28,390 bases of DNA from a virus (IMGVR_UViG_3300032327_000822:1-28390); one strand, 5' to 3'. Positions 18,836-27,299 are shown, numbered from the stretch's first letter. Numbers and translations: made by a program. The notes: generated from the letters alone by a model not told the origin.

Positions 18836-19879
18836 TTATTTTAGATTATTTGCAAAACCATAATACTTTTCTTGGCCCCACAATTTTTTTAATACTGAAT
18901 TATTTTTCATTGTCCTACCATTATTTTTAATAATATGGTCCTTTGATTGATATTCTTGAAAATATCTTACCAAATCACAATTTCTTGAGTCCTCACAATC
19001 AATAGGATTTAATCCATATCTATTACTTTGAAATGCTAATACATCATTAATATAATCAAATTCACTAATTCTACTAGATATTTTTGGAAATATTGCCTTA
19101 ATACATTTTGTAGCATTGGTACCAGCATATACTTTACCATGAGGATTTACACAAGTAGAAAAATACTCTGATAAATCAGCAGCAAAAGCTGTTAATACAA
19201 AATTTTGTCTTTTAAAACCTAGATTATTTAAATAAATATTACCAAAATCTGTTACTTGATATATATCAGCTCTTTCTTTAGTGACTTTATCATATATTTT
19301 TCTTACTAAATTTTCTGAATGTTCTAATATAAATCTTTTTAAATGATTAGAAGTTTGCCCTTCAAAACTAAATTGAGGTAATAAATATCCTTTATTATCA
19401 GTAAATGGTTTATCTGTATCAATTAAATCTTTTTTCCACTCATTCCAAGTATATTTTTGATTTAATATAGATTTAATAATCCAAAAATTACCAAAACCGT
19501 GAGTTCCTAATGTATCATTAATAGTATCTTTTTTAACTCTAGGGATATAGTTAATTCCACTGCCACACAATCTAAATAAATAAAAAAGCATAAACCAATT
19601 AAAATCATTATTTATTTCATGATTTTTAAAAAACTTACCATTTCCTTTAGGATCCTGATCTTTTTTCCAAACAGCTTCAGTAAAAGAACTAAATGCTGCA
19701 CATCTTCTATGAGCAGTATCATAAATAGGTACATTAAACATAAGATCATCATCTACATCTAATTCTAAATCTCCATCATAAGCTATATTTTCTATTACAT
19801 GTTTTTGTAATAATAAACTTTTAGTATGATACTCATCAAGAGATTTTAATAAATCTTCGTTTATAATAAATGTTGTCAT
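18836..19879 (-). CDS. Divergent aGPT-Pplase / amino acid:DNA transferase-like protein (HhH-glycosylase-like fold)
   Basis: F...AADL, AGTNATKCI (cf. GPGAxxGL) and EDSRNCDLVRY (cf. ExxLCExxKY) occur in the expected order; adjacent to the PLP enzyme. Confidence 0.55.
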   Translation of the reverse strand: MTTFIINEDLLKSLDEYHTKSLLLQKHVIENIAYDGDLELDVDDDLMFNVPIYDTAHRRCAAFSSFTEAVWKKDQDPKGNGKFFKNHEINNDFNWFMLFYLFRLCGSGINYIPRVKKDTINDTLGTHGFGNFWIIKSILNQKYTWNEWKKDLIDTDKPFTDNKGYLLPQFSFEGQTSNHLKRFILEHSENLVRKIYDKVTKERADIYQVTDFGNIYLNNLGFKRQNFVLTAFAADLSEYFSTCVNPHGKVYAGTNATKCIKAIFPKISSRISEFDYINDVLAFQSNRYGLNPIDCEDSRNCDLVRYFQEYQSKDHIIKNNGRTMKNNSVLKKLWGQEKYYGFANNLK

Positions 19880-20802
19880 GACAAAATATCGTTTATATTT
19901 TTATAAAATTTTGGACGCAAGTGTACTGATTGTTTAGATTCCATATAATCAAACATTTTTATACCATTTTCATCTATCCAGTTATCTGGCCAGCTAATAT
20001 ACTTTTGTCCTGAATTTTTTATAAGATCTATTGCAATACTTCTTAATTCCATTCTTTCTAGTCTAGAACCAAAATATTTTTCTCCATTATATAAACCTGT
20101 CCCAGGTAATTTCCTGCTTTCATGTTCTATTGGCAAAGGTTCTACTATAGTATTATTATTTAATTTAAAACTAAAATCAATATATCTACTAAATAAATCT
20201 TTTGTTGCTTGTTTAGGATCTGATTGTCTCATTAAATGAAATCTTAAATCTATATTTGAAAAATATGTTATAGTCTCATCATATTTTAAATTTAGATCAT
20301 TATAATCAGCATTTTTTAAATAGCCAAATAATGTTTTCCCATCTGTTCTATTTAAACCAAATCCAGGTTTCCATACACTTAAAGAGTGAGAATCTCCTAT
20401 TACAGTTTTTCTATTTTTTTCTCCATATTTTATGGCCAAGTCTTTTAACTCAGCTATTGGAAAGTTTTTTTCTAATTTAAATCTTGTATTAAATTTATTA
20501 AAATCAACAATTTTATTAATGCAATATATTGGTTTTTTATATTCTGAAATTGATTTTAATTTTTCAATATGCTCAGGTTGTGGCCCACCAATAAAATTAA
20601 ACGTATTTTCTTGATAATTAACCCCTTCTAATATACATAAGTAATCATAATCATTCCATGTATTAGGTTCAGGATTTACAGTAAATTCTACTTGTTTACA
20701 AGAATCTTTTATCATTTTAACCATAATACTGGCATAGCCTCCTCCATGATGGTTCATGCTAGTACTTACATTATTAACCATTCCTATTATAGCTGATTTC
20801 AT
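19876..20802 (-). CDS. Fusion: T4 beta-glucosyltransferase-like N-terminal domain plus SGNH hydrolase/acyltransferase-like domain
   Basis: MKSAIIGMVNNV, NDYDYL, NFIGG and YKKPIY mirror the T4 BGT N-domain as recalled. GDS(136-138), G155, SNID(182-185) and SVH(292-294) match SGNH blocks I, II, III and V. Confidence 0.55.
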   Translation of the reverse strand: MKSAIIGMVNNVSTSMNHHGGGYASIMVKMIKDSCKQVEFTVNPEPNTWNDYDYLCILEGVNYQENTFNFIGGPQPEHIEKLKSISEYKKPIYCINKIVDFNKFNTRFKLEKNFPIAELKDLAIKYGEKNRKTVIGDSHSLSVWKPGFGLNRTDGKTLFGYLKNADYNDLNLKYDETITYFSNIDLRFHLMRQSDPKQATKDLFSRYIDFSFKLNNNTIVEPLPIEHESRKLPGTGLYNGEKYFGSRLERMELRSIAIDLIKNSGQKYISWPDNWIDENGIKMFDYMESKQSVHLRPKFYKNINDILS

Positions 20803-20821
20803 AACAATTATTTATTTATTA

Positions 20822-20829
20822 CAAATATA
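20822..20829 (-). promoter_or_regulatory. Bacteroidota-type -7 promoter box TATATTTG
   Basis: Matches TAnnTTTG; lies downstream of the groEL terminator and 19 nt upstream of the ATG at 20802. Confidence 0.6.
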
Positions 20830-20872
20830 ATAATACCATTATATAATATAAAATATAAAATATTAGTATAAT

Positions 20873-20896
20873 AAAAAAGCGTCCCGAAGGACGCTC
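20873..20896 (-). terminator. Rho-independent terminator after groEL
   Basis: Minus strand GAGCGTCC-TTCG-GGACGCT-TTTTT: GC stem, C(UUCG)G tetraloop, U-tract. Confidence 0.92.
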
Positions 20897-20904
20897 TTAT
20901 TTTT

Positions 20905-22521
20905 TTACATCATACCTGCCATAGCATTGTTTGGACTAGTATCTTTTTCTTTTTTCTCAAATAGTACGCTTTCTGTGCATAGAATAGTTCCTGCTACTGA
21001 AGCTGCATTTTTAAGTGCTGTTATAACTACTTTTGCTGGGTCAATAATTCCTGCCTCAATTGCATTTACCTCCATATGACTTTTAGCATCATATACATTT
21101 CCTGGTCTTGGGATTTTACTCCACCAATTTTCAATACCTGCATTTGATAAGATAGTAATAAATGGTGCTTCTAATGCTTTATTGAGTATTTCTTTTGCGA
21201 TCATTGTAGATAAAGTATCATATTCAGATACCATAACTTGTGAATTTAACAAACAAATACCACCACCAGGAACAATACCATCTAAAAGAGCTGCTTTAGT
21301 TGCAAATAGCGCATCTTCAACCCTATCTTTCTTTTCTTTAATCTCAATATCAGAATTTCCTCCAACATTAATAATAGCAACTCCACCAACTAATTTTCCT
21401 AATCTTTCTTGCAATTTTTCTTTTTCATAAAAAGAACTTGCTTTTTCAATTTGTTCTTTAATTTCAGCCGCTCTATTTTCAATAGCAGACTCTTCTCCTT
21501 TACCATCAACAACTGTTGTTTCGTCTTTTGATATTGTAGCTAATCTAGAAGATCCTAAAAATGATCCTAATTGATTAGGTGCGATTTTATCTAACTTATG
21601 ACCTTTATCTTTAGAAATTACTTGTCCTCCAGTTAATATAGCAATATCTTCTAAAATTAAAGTTTTTCTTTCTCCAAAATCAGGTGCTTTAACCGCACAC
21701 ACTTGTACGATACCTCTCATTTTATTCACAATAAGAGTCGCTAATGCCTCATCTCCAATGTCTTCTGCAATAATTAATAGAGGTCTATTTTCTGAATTTG
21801 CTTTAGTCAATACTTGTAATAGTTCTTGAGCAGTAGAAATTCTTCCATCATATAATAATACATAAGGATTTTCTAATACTGCTTGCATTGTATTATTATT
21901 TGTTACAAAATAAGGAGATTTATAACCTCTATCAAATTGCATACCTTCTACAATCTCAAGACTAGTCTCACCAGTTTTTGATTCTTCAATAGTAACTACG
22001 CCCTCTCTACCCACTTTTTCAATTGCTGTAGCAATTAAATTGCCAACTTCAGAATCATTATTTCCTGAAATAGTTGCTACTTGCTTAATTTGATCTTCTG
22101 ATTCAATATCAATTGCAGAACTTTTAATATCATGTATAATATCAGTTACTATAGTATCAATAGCATTTTTAATTTCTACTGCATTAGTTCCTTGACGAAT
22201 TACTTTTAATCCCTCTTCAATAATTTTAGTAGCTAATAATGTAGAAGTTGTTGTACCATCTCCTGCTTCATTTGCAGATTTAATAGATACTTGTTTAACT
22301 AAATTAGCTCCTATAGTTTCAATTGGATCTTCTAATTCAGAAAAAGCTTTTGCTACAGTAACACCGTCTTTAGTAGCTTTTACTTCTCCATTTGAATCTT
22401 GAATCAATACTGTTCTACCTCCAGGACCTAGGGTTGAACTTACTGCAACATTTAATTTTTGAATTCCTGATAATAACTTTTCTTTTAATTCTTGCCCGAT
22501 AACAAATTGTGTTTTACTCAT
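20905..22521 (-). CDS. groEL: Chaperonin GroEL (phage-encoded)
   Basis: [42 protein letters not shown]. Confidence 0.97.
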   Translation of the reverse strand: MSKTQFVIGQELKEKLLSGIQKLNVAVSSTLGPGGRTVLIQDSNGEVKATKDGVTVAKAFSELEDPIETIGANLVKQVSIKSANEAGDGTTTSTLLATKIIEEGLKVIRQGTNAVEIKNAIDTIVTDIIHDIKSSAIDIESEDQIKQVATISGNNDSEVGNLIATAIEKVGREGVVTIEESKTGETSLEIVEGMQFDRGYKSPYFVTNNNTMQAVLENPYVLLYDGRISTAQELLQVLTKANSENRPLLIIAEDIGDEALATLIVNKMRGIVQVCAVKAPDFGERKTLILEDIAILTGGQVISKDKGHKLDKIAPNQLGSFLGSSRLATISKDETTVVDGKGEESAIENRAAEIKEQIEKASSFYEKEKLQERLGKLVGGVAIINVGGNSDIEIKEKKDRVEDALFATKAALLDGIVPGGGICLLNSQVMVSEYDTLSTMIAKEILNKALEAPFITILSNAGIENWWSKIPRPGNVYDAKSHMEVNAIEAGIIDPAKVVITALKNAASVAGTILCTESVLFEKKEKDTSPNNAMAGMM

Positions 22522-22529
22522 AATCTTTT

Positions 22530-22820
22530 TTAATTTACAATAGATAATATTTCTGTTTCTTTGATTAAAATATAATCATCTCCATCCATAGTTATTACCA
22601 TAGATCCCATTTTAGGAATTAATACTTTATCTCCTGGCTCTAAATGGCTAATATAATACTCTCCAGTATGCCAATTGTAAGTATCACTGACTTCTACAAC
22701 CTCACATAATTCAGGTTTTTCTTTTCCCATATCAGGAACAATTATTTGTCCAAATACAGTTTCGCCTTCTTCTACTCTTTTTAGAACGATTACGCCATTA
22801 AGCGGTTGAAATTTACTCAT
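22530..22820 (-). CDS. groES: Co-chaperonin GroES
   Basis: FQPL..., GQIIVPD..KEKP mobile loop, GDKVL, YILIKETEIL; directly upstream of groEL. Confidence 0.92.
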   Translation of the reverse strand: MSKFQPLNGVIVLKRVEEGETVFGQIIVPDMGKEKPELCEVVEVSDTYNWHTGEYYISHLEPGDKVLIPKMGSMVITMDGDDYILIKETEILSIVN

Positions 22821-22824
22821 AGTT

Positions 22825-23016
22825 TTAATTGTTTATAACTTCTAATTCTTGGACTCTATTACAAAAATATAACATTGAATCTTTTTTAAAGATAATTTCA
22901 ACATCTAACCAATTTTTTAATAAGTCAGCATTTAAAATTTTATCTTCTTGAAAGATTCGAACTACTTCATATAGTTCATTTTGTACTTTAATAAATTTTC
23001 TTGAAATTTGAAACAT
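22825..23016 (-). CDS. Hypothetical 63 aa protein in the chaperone operon
   Basis: Fills the gap between hsp20 and groES. Confidence 0.65.
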   Translation of the reverse strand: MFQISRKFIKVQNELYEVVRIFQEDKILNADLLKNWLDVEIIFKKDSMLYFCNRVQELEVINN

Positions 23017-23036
23017 AACTTAGGTAGCAGGCAGGC
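23014..23036. repeat. Downstream arm of the hsp20-flanking element
   Basis: cataacttagg (23014-23024) is repeated at 23501-23511. aggtagcaggcaggc (23022-23036) is complementary to 23511-23524 with one bulged base. Confidence 0.85.
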
Positions 23037-23041
23037 TTTTT

Positions 23042-23452
23042 TTAGTTTATTTCTACTTTTTTAGGTAGCTGTGATTCTGCAAACGGAATTTGTATAATTA
23101 ATAATCCTTTATCTAAAGTTGCAGAAAGTTCTGATATATTAAATTTAGTTGCAATTTTCCATGCTACATCAAAACTACCTTTTTTAATGCCTTTATAAAT
23201 CATTGTTTTAGGATTATCTATATCAAGTTTTTTATACTTAATACGTAATACTTGCCCTTCAGTAAGGATTTCAATATCTTTTTTTTCTAATCCTACTGCA
23301 GCTACTTCTAGAGTAATGCCTTGTTCTGTTTCGTAAATATCTGTTGGGTGAGTAACTTTCTGTGTAATATCAGAAAAGTGTGGTGTGGAATTAAATAAAT
23401 CTTTCCACATAAGATCAAATTGGTCTAATTCAAATTGTCTAATAAATGTCAT
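23042..23452 (-). CDS. Small heat-shock protein (Hsp20/alpha-crystallin)
   Basis: PTDIYE, LEVAAVGLEKKDI and ATLDKGLLIIQIP alpha-crystallin motifs. Confidence 0.92.
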   Translation of the reverse strand: MTFIRQFELDQFDLMWKDLFNSTPHFSDITQKVTHPTDIYETEQGITLEVAAVGLEKKDIEILTEGQVLRIKYKKLDIDNPKTMIYKGIKKGSFDVAWKIATKFNISELSATLDKGLLIIQIPFAESQLPKKVEIN

Positions 23453-23467
23453 TTTTTTAAAATTTTT

Positions 23468-23484
23468 GTTGCCCTTGGGTCAAC
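23468..23484 (-). promoter_or_regulatory. Hairpin in the hsp20 5' leader
   Basis: Minus strand GTTG-A-CC-CAAG-GG-CAAC, 15 nt upstream of the hsp20 ATG. Confidence 0.55.
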
Positions 23485-23500
23485 GGTTATAAAATATTAG

Positions 23501-23524
23501 CATAACTTAGGCCTGCCTGTACCT
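23501..23524. repeat. Upstream arm of the hsp20-flanking element
   Basis: cataacttagg direct repeat plus gcctgcctgtacct inverted repeat. Confidence 0.85.
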
Positions 23525-23534
23525 GTTTATTTAT

Positions 23535-23544
23535 TATAAATATA
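23535..23544 (-). promoter_or_regulatory. TATATTTATA putative phage promoter box for the chaperone operon
   Basis: Recurrent intergenic motif, 10 nt upstream of the repeat arm. Confidence 0.5.
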
Positions 23545-23581
23545 TAATATTTTTTTTAAATGTAAAAATTTATTTTTTTAG

Positions 23582-24946
23582 TTATTTTAATAAATCCATT
23601 AATTTAATTGATTCTGTTAAACCATGATCTTTTGCCCACTGCATTTGCATAACAACAGGTACTTCTCCATCTAATAATCTTTTTTTAAGAAAATTTATAT
23701 TTTTTTCAATATAGTCTTTTTTTAATTCCTCTGGGCACCATTCAAACTTTTTATCAGAAAGTATATACTTATCATTTTTTACTGTATTTATAACATATTT
23801 TATTTTTTGATCACTTGTGCATAATTGAAATGTATAATCATTCATACTTCTAGTAGATTTTTCTATAGAATATTCAATATAGTCATTTATAACTTCTTTA
23901 GAACACAATTTAAGAATTTTATCGTCTATATTTAAACCTTTATCAATCTGTTTTTTAATGTATTGTATTTTTAATTCATCGTTGCATGATTTAAATTGCG
24001 GGTTAGTAAGCTTGATTCCTTGTTTAATAAGTTCTTTCCTAGCAGCAATATTTTTAACTTTATCACTAGAAGGTAGTTTACTTTCAATATCTTTAGGTAA
24101 ATTAGCACCAAAACCGGTAGTAACATATTTAGAAATTAATTCTTTTTGATTAGGGACATCCCAAGTCATTCTTATTTGTTTTTCAGTTAAATCATGACCA
24201 AATCCTATGTACTTTTCTCTTTCATCATAATCAAAATTTTCATAAGTTTCATTATTAACTGGTTTTTTAAATTTTTTATACTCTTCTTTTTCTTCTTTTG
24301 TTAGTGGTATATGTTTAAATAAATCTTGTAAACCTTTTAATTTTGGTTGTATTTTTTCAATTTCATCCCAAGTCATTTCTTGATCACCCTCGTTATTTGC
24401 ATTAGCTACCATATACTTCCCTTTACGATCTATGTAAATTACTATAGCACGGTACTTATCTAGTGGGAGTTTTGATTTATCAAATACAAAATAAAATACA
24501 GGCTCATTTAATCTCATTCTATATCTGAAAAACATATTTGATGTATCTCTTCTAGAAATACACCATTTTTTTCCTGTACCGTATCTTATGCACTTTTCTT
24601 TTAAATCTCCTAATAGAATTAATAATTTATTTTGATTATATATTACATCTTCAGATCTTTCAAAATTTGTATCATTAATATCAATATTTGTTTTTTTTCT
24701 TGAAAAATTATCACCAACTATTTTTTTTAATTCAGGAAATGTATATTGCATAATATCTTTTTTTTGAAAAGCATTTGATGATTGCTTATCACTAAAAATA
24801 TTTATGTAATAATCTAATATTTCGTCAGTTAAATTGGGATCTTGTTTTTTAAATCTTTCTTTAGCTTGTGATTTTGCTTTATCAGAAATTTCATCAAGAA
24901 AAACTTCTTTTAATAATGTTGTTAATAGTATTTTTGAATAAATCAT
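23582..24946 (-). CDS. Large-phage protein with YGxxxxWC (PcfJ-like) domain and C-terminal ~28 aa repeats
   Basis: CIRYGTGKKWCIS...FYFVFDK; four C-x7-Y repeats. Confidence 0.6.
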   Translation of the reverse strand: MIYSKILLTTLLKEVFLDEISDKAKSQAKERFKKQDPNLTDEILDYYINIFSDKQSSNAFQKKDIMQYTFPELKKIVGDNFSRKKTNIDINDTNFERSEDVIYNQNKLLILLGDLKEKCIRYGTGKKWCISRRDTSNMFFRYRMRLNEPVFYFVFDKSKLPLDKYRAIVIYIDRKGKYMVANANNEGDQEMTWDEIEKIQPKLKGLQDLFKHIPLTKEEKEEYKKFKKPVNNETYENFDYDEREKYIGFGHDLTEKQIRMTWDVPNQKELISKYVTTGFGANLPKDIESKLPSSDKVKNIAARKELIKQGIKLTNPQFKSCNDELKIQYIKKQIDKGLNIDDKILKLCSKEVINDYIEYSIEKSTRSMNDYTFQLCTSDQKIKYVINTVKNDKYILSDKKFEWCPEELKKDYIEKNINFLKKRLLDGEVPVVMQMQWAKDHGLTESIKLMDLLK

Positions 24947-24957
24947 TTAGGTTTTAA

Positions 24958-24967
24958 TATAAATATA
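24958..24967 (-). promoter_or_regulatory. TATATTTATA putative phage promoter box
   Basis: 11 nt upstream of the ATG at 24946. Confidence 0.5.
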
Positions 24968-24977
24968 TAATAATTCT

Positions 24978-27287
24978 TTAAGCATGTCCGTCTCTCCAAT
25001 TTTTAGTTATTTGTGGTATGGCATATAGGGGCACGTTTAATTTTGTTACATTTTCCATACAATACTGCACTATTTTAGCAGCTTCTTCAGCTTTAGATTC
25101 TTCTACTTCAGCTATTAATTGATCATGTATTTGTGCTACAATTTGGCCAGCTATGTTAGCCTCTTTAAATTTTCTATTAATAGCTATTGCTGCCCTATTA
25201 ACTATAGACGCTGCTAATCCTTGTATTTGTACGTTCATTGATCCGTTAAGCCCATTTTTATAATCTCTTTGGACTTCTTGCACTTTTTCTTTTCCATATT
25301 TTTTTTCTAATTCTGTCTTAAATTTCCAATCTAATATTCCATCTCCTAATTTACTATATATATTTTTTACTTTAGGAAGATGTCTTATCCTACCAACTTG
25401 TGTTTTTATGTACCCATTTAATTTTACATAGCTTCTAGATTCTTCCATCCATTTTTTTAAATTAGGAAACCCATCTAAATATCCATCTACAAGTACTTGA
25501 GCATCTTTTGCAGGTATATCTAATGTTTTTCCTAATGCATAAGCGCTCATACCATAAGGAATTCCTAAAGAATACGCTTTTGCTTTATTTCTTATTTTTG
25601 GATGGTGTTTTCTTAAAAAGTTATCTGCTTTTTTATCTGGAGAATAATCATACAACTTTTCTGTTTTTATTGCAATAGTACTATAAAAATCATGGTTATT
25701 TCTAAATATATCCATTAGTCCATTATCTCCTGATACATGTGAGAATACACTAGGTTCTAGAGACGCGTAATCATCATCTATAAATACATTTCCTTCATAA
25801 GGAATAAAAAAAGCTCTAATCATATTATTATACTCAATAACAATAGGATCTTCTTCTCCGTCTTCTTTAGGTCTAGGTAATTGTTGGGCGTCTGAACCAT
25901 ACCTTCCTGATACAGTTGCATGCTGTTTATAATAAAAATAATATTTGCCTTCTTCTTGATTATTTAAAAATCTTTCAATATAAGTAGATTTTATTTTTAA
26001 TAATTTATTATATATTCTTAGATTTTTTGCCCACCCATATTTTGAAGAAATAGTTTGTATAAAATCATCATCAAATTGTGGTTTTCCTTTATCAGTTTCT
26101 GATAGTGGTTTTATACCTAAAGCAGAAAATGCTATTCCTCCCATATGATCTTTAGATTGAATATTGAAATAATTTCCATTATTATCTTCTTTCCAAAGCG
26201 CCATACTAACTTTAATAGCTATATCATCATCTAATAATATATCATTTCCAGATAATAAAAATTCTTTTATTTGAGAATCTGGTAATTTTTCTATATTTTT
26301 ACTTGTTAAACTATATTTACCTGTTTTTTCTGCATACGGTAAATCTAATTGATTTTGTTTTGCTAGATATTGAGCAAATGATCCTCTATGATTTGCTGGG
26401 TATTGTTTAGTTGCTTTTTGAATAATCCAAGACCTAACATCTTCGTTATTTAATAATTCTTTTACGACTAAATCATGATATTTTTTAAGATCTTCTGTAA
26501 TAGAAGAATAGGCTTTAGTAATTAAAGGTATATCTAATCTAACGCCTCTTTCTTCCATTTTAATTGTAACTTCTTTATATAAAGGCATTACCTCATCTTC
26601 AAAAAAGAATTTTTCTAATCCTTCATTTTTTAAAATTTCTATGTAATAATTATACAATCTTAAAGTAAGATCAGTATCTGCTGCTGCATATTTTGCTAAA
26701 ATATTTATATCAGCTTTATAAATTTCATAATTATCTTTACTAGTAGATCCAAGATTAGCTTTAATAGAATTTTTTAATTCTAATTGTTCTTCATTTGCTT
26801 CTTTATCAATATCTAATCCTATATGTTGTTGAATAGATTTAGCTATTTCTTTTAATCCAAAAGGTTTACCAGAACCAAAACCAGCCCCTTCTTCTTGTAC
26901 TGTATGCACTAATAATACTGTGTCTAAATAAATGCTTGGGATTAAATCAATCCCATAAAAGCAATTAACAAATCTACAATCAAAAGATAAGTTATGTCCA
27001 ATAATTTTTTTATCTACTAATAATTGTATTGTTTTTTTAGCTAGATCATGGCCATTTATACCTTCTATTATATAATCAATTAATTCTAAACCATCAAAAA
27101 TCATTGTTGGCATATAATAACCTTTACCAACTTCTGTTGATATAGAAAACCCTATTATTTTTCCTTTTCTAGGATTTAATGAATTAGTTTCAGTATCAAA
27201 TGATATAATGTCATGAGATCTAATATCATCAATTAAACACTTTAATTTATCAATAGAGTCTATTAATACATAACTTTTTTCATTCAT
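24978..27287 (-). CDS. polA: DNA polymerase family A (3'-5' exonuclease plus polymerase domains, no 5'-3' exonuclease)
   Basis: FDTET (Exo I), HNLSFD (Exo II), YAAAD (Exo III), DYASLE (motif A), RNKAKAYSLGIPYG (motif B), IHDQL (motif C). Confidence 0.95.
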   Translation of the reverse strand: MNEKSYVLIDSIDKLKCLIDDIRSHDIISFDTETNSLNPRKGKIIGFSISTEVGKGYYMPTMIFDGLELIDYIIEGINGHDLAKKTIQLLVDKKIIGHNLSFDCRFVNCFYGIDLIPSIYLDTVLLVHTVQEEGAGFGSGKPFGLKEIAKSIQQHIGLDIDKEANEEQLELKNSIKANLGSTSKDNYEIYKADINILAKYAAADTDLTLRLYNYYIEILKNEGLEKFFFEDEVMPLYKEVTIKMEERGVRLDIPLITKAYSSITEDLKKYHDLVVKELLNNEDVRSWIIQKATKQYPANHRGSFAQYLAKQNQLDLPYAEKTGKYSLTSKNIEKLPDSQIKEFLLSGNDILLDDDIAIKVSMALWKEDNNGNYFNIQSKDHMGGIAFSALGIKPLSETDKGKPQFDDDFIQTISSKYGWAKNLRIYNKLLKIKSTYIERFLNNQEEGKYYFYYKQHATVSGRYGSDAQQLPRPKEDGEEDPIVIEYNNMIRAFFIPYEGNVFIDDDYASLEPSVFSHVSGDNGLMDIFRNNHDFYSTIAIKTEKLYDYSPDKKADNFLRKHHPKIRNKAKAYSLGIPYGMSAYALGKTLDIPAKDAQVLVDGYLDGFPNLKKWMEESRSYVKLNGYIKTQVGRIRHLPKVKNIYSKLGDGILDWKFKTELEKKYGKEKVQEVQRDYKNGLNGSMNVQIQGLAASIVNRAAIAINRKFKEANIAGQIVAQIHDQLIAEVEESKAEEAAKIVQYCMENVTKLNVPLYAIPQITKNWRDGHA

Positions 27288-27291
27288 AAAA

Positions 27292-27299
27292 CAAATATA
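27292..27299 (-). promoter_or_regulatory. Bacteroidota-type -7 promoter box TATATTTG
   Basis: Matches TAnnTTTG; 4 nt upstream of the polA ATG. Confidence 0.6.

Noticed and set aside
795-24149. All plus-strand ORFs in the track (60-85 aa)
   Set aside because: They are antisense shadows lying wholly or mostly opposite well-supported minus-strand genes, with no recognisable motifs.
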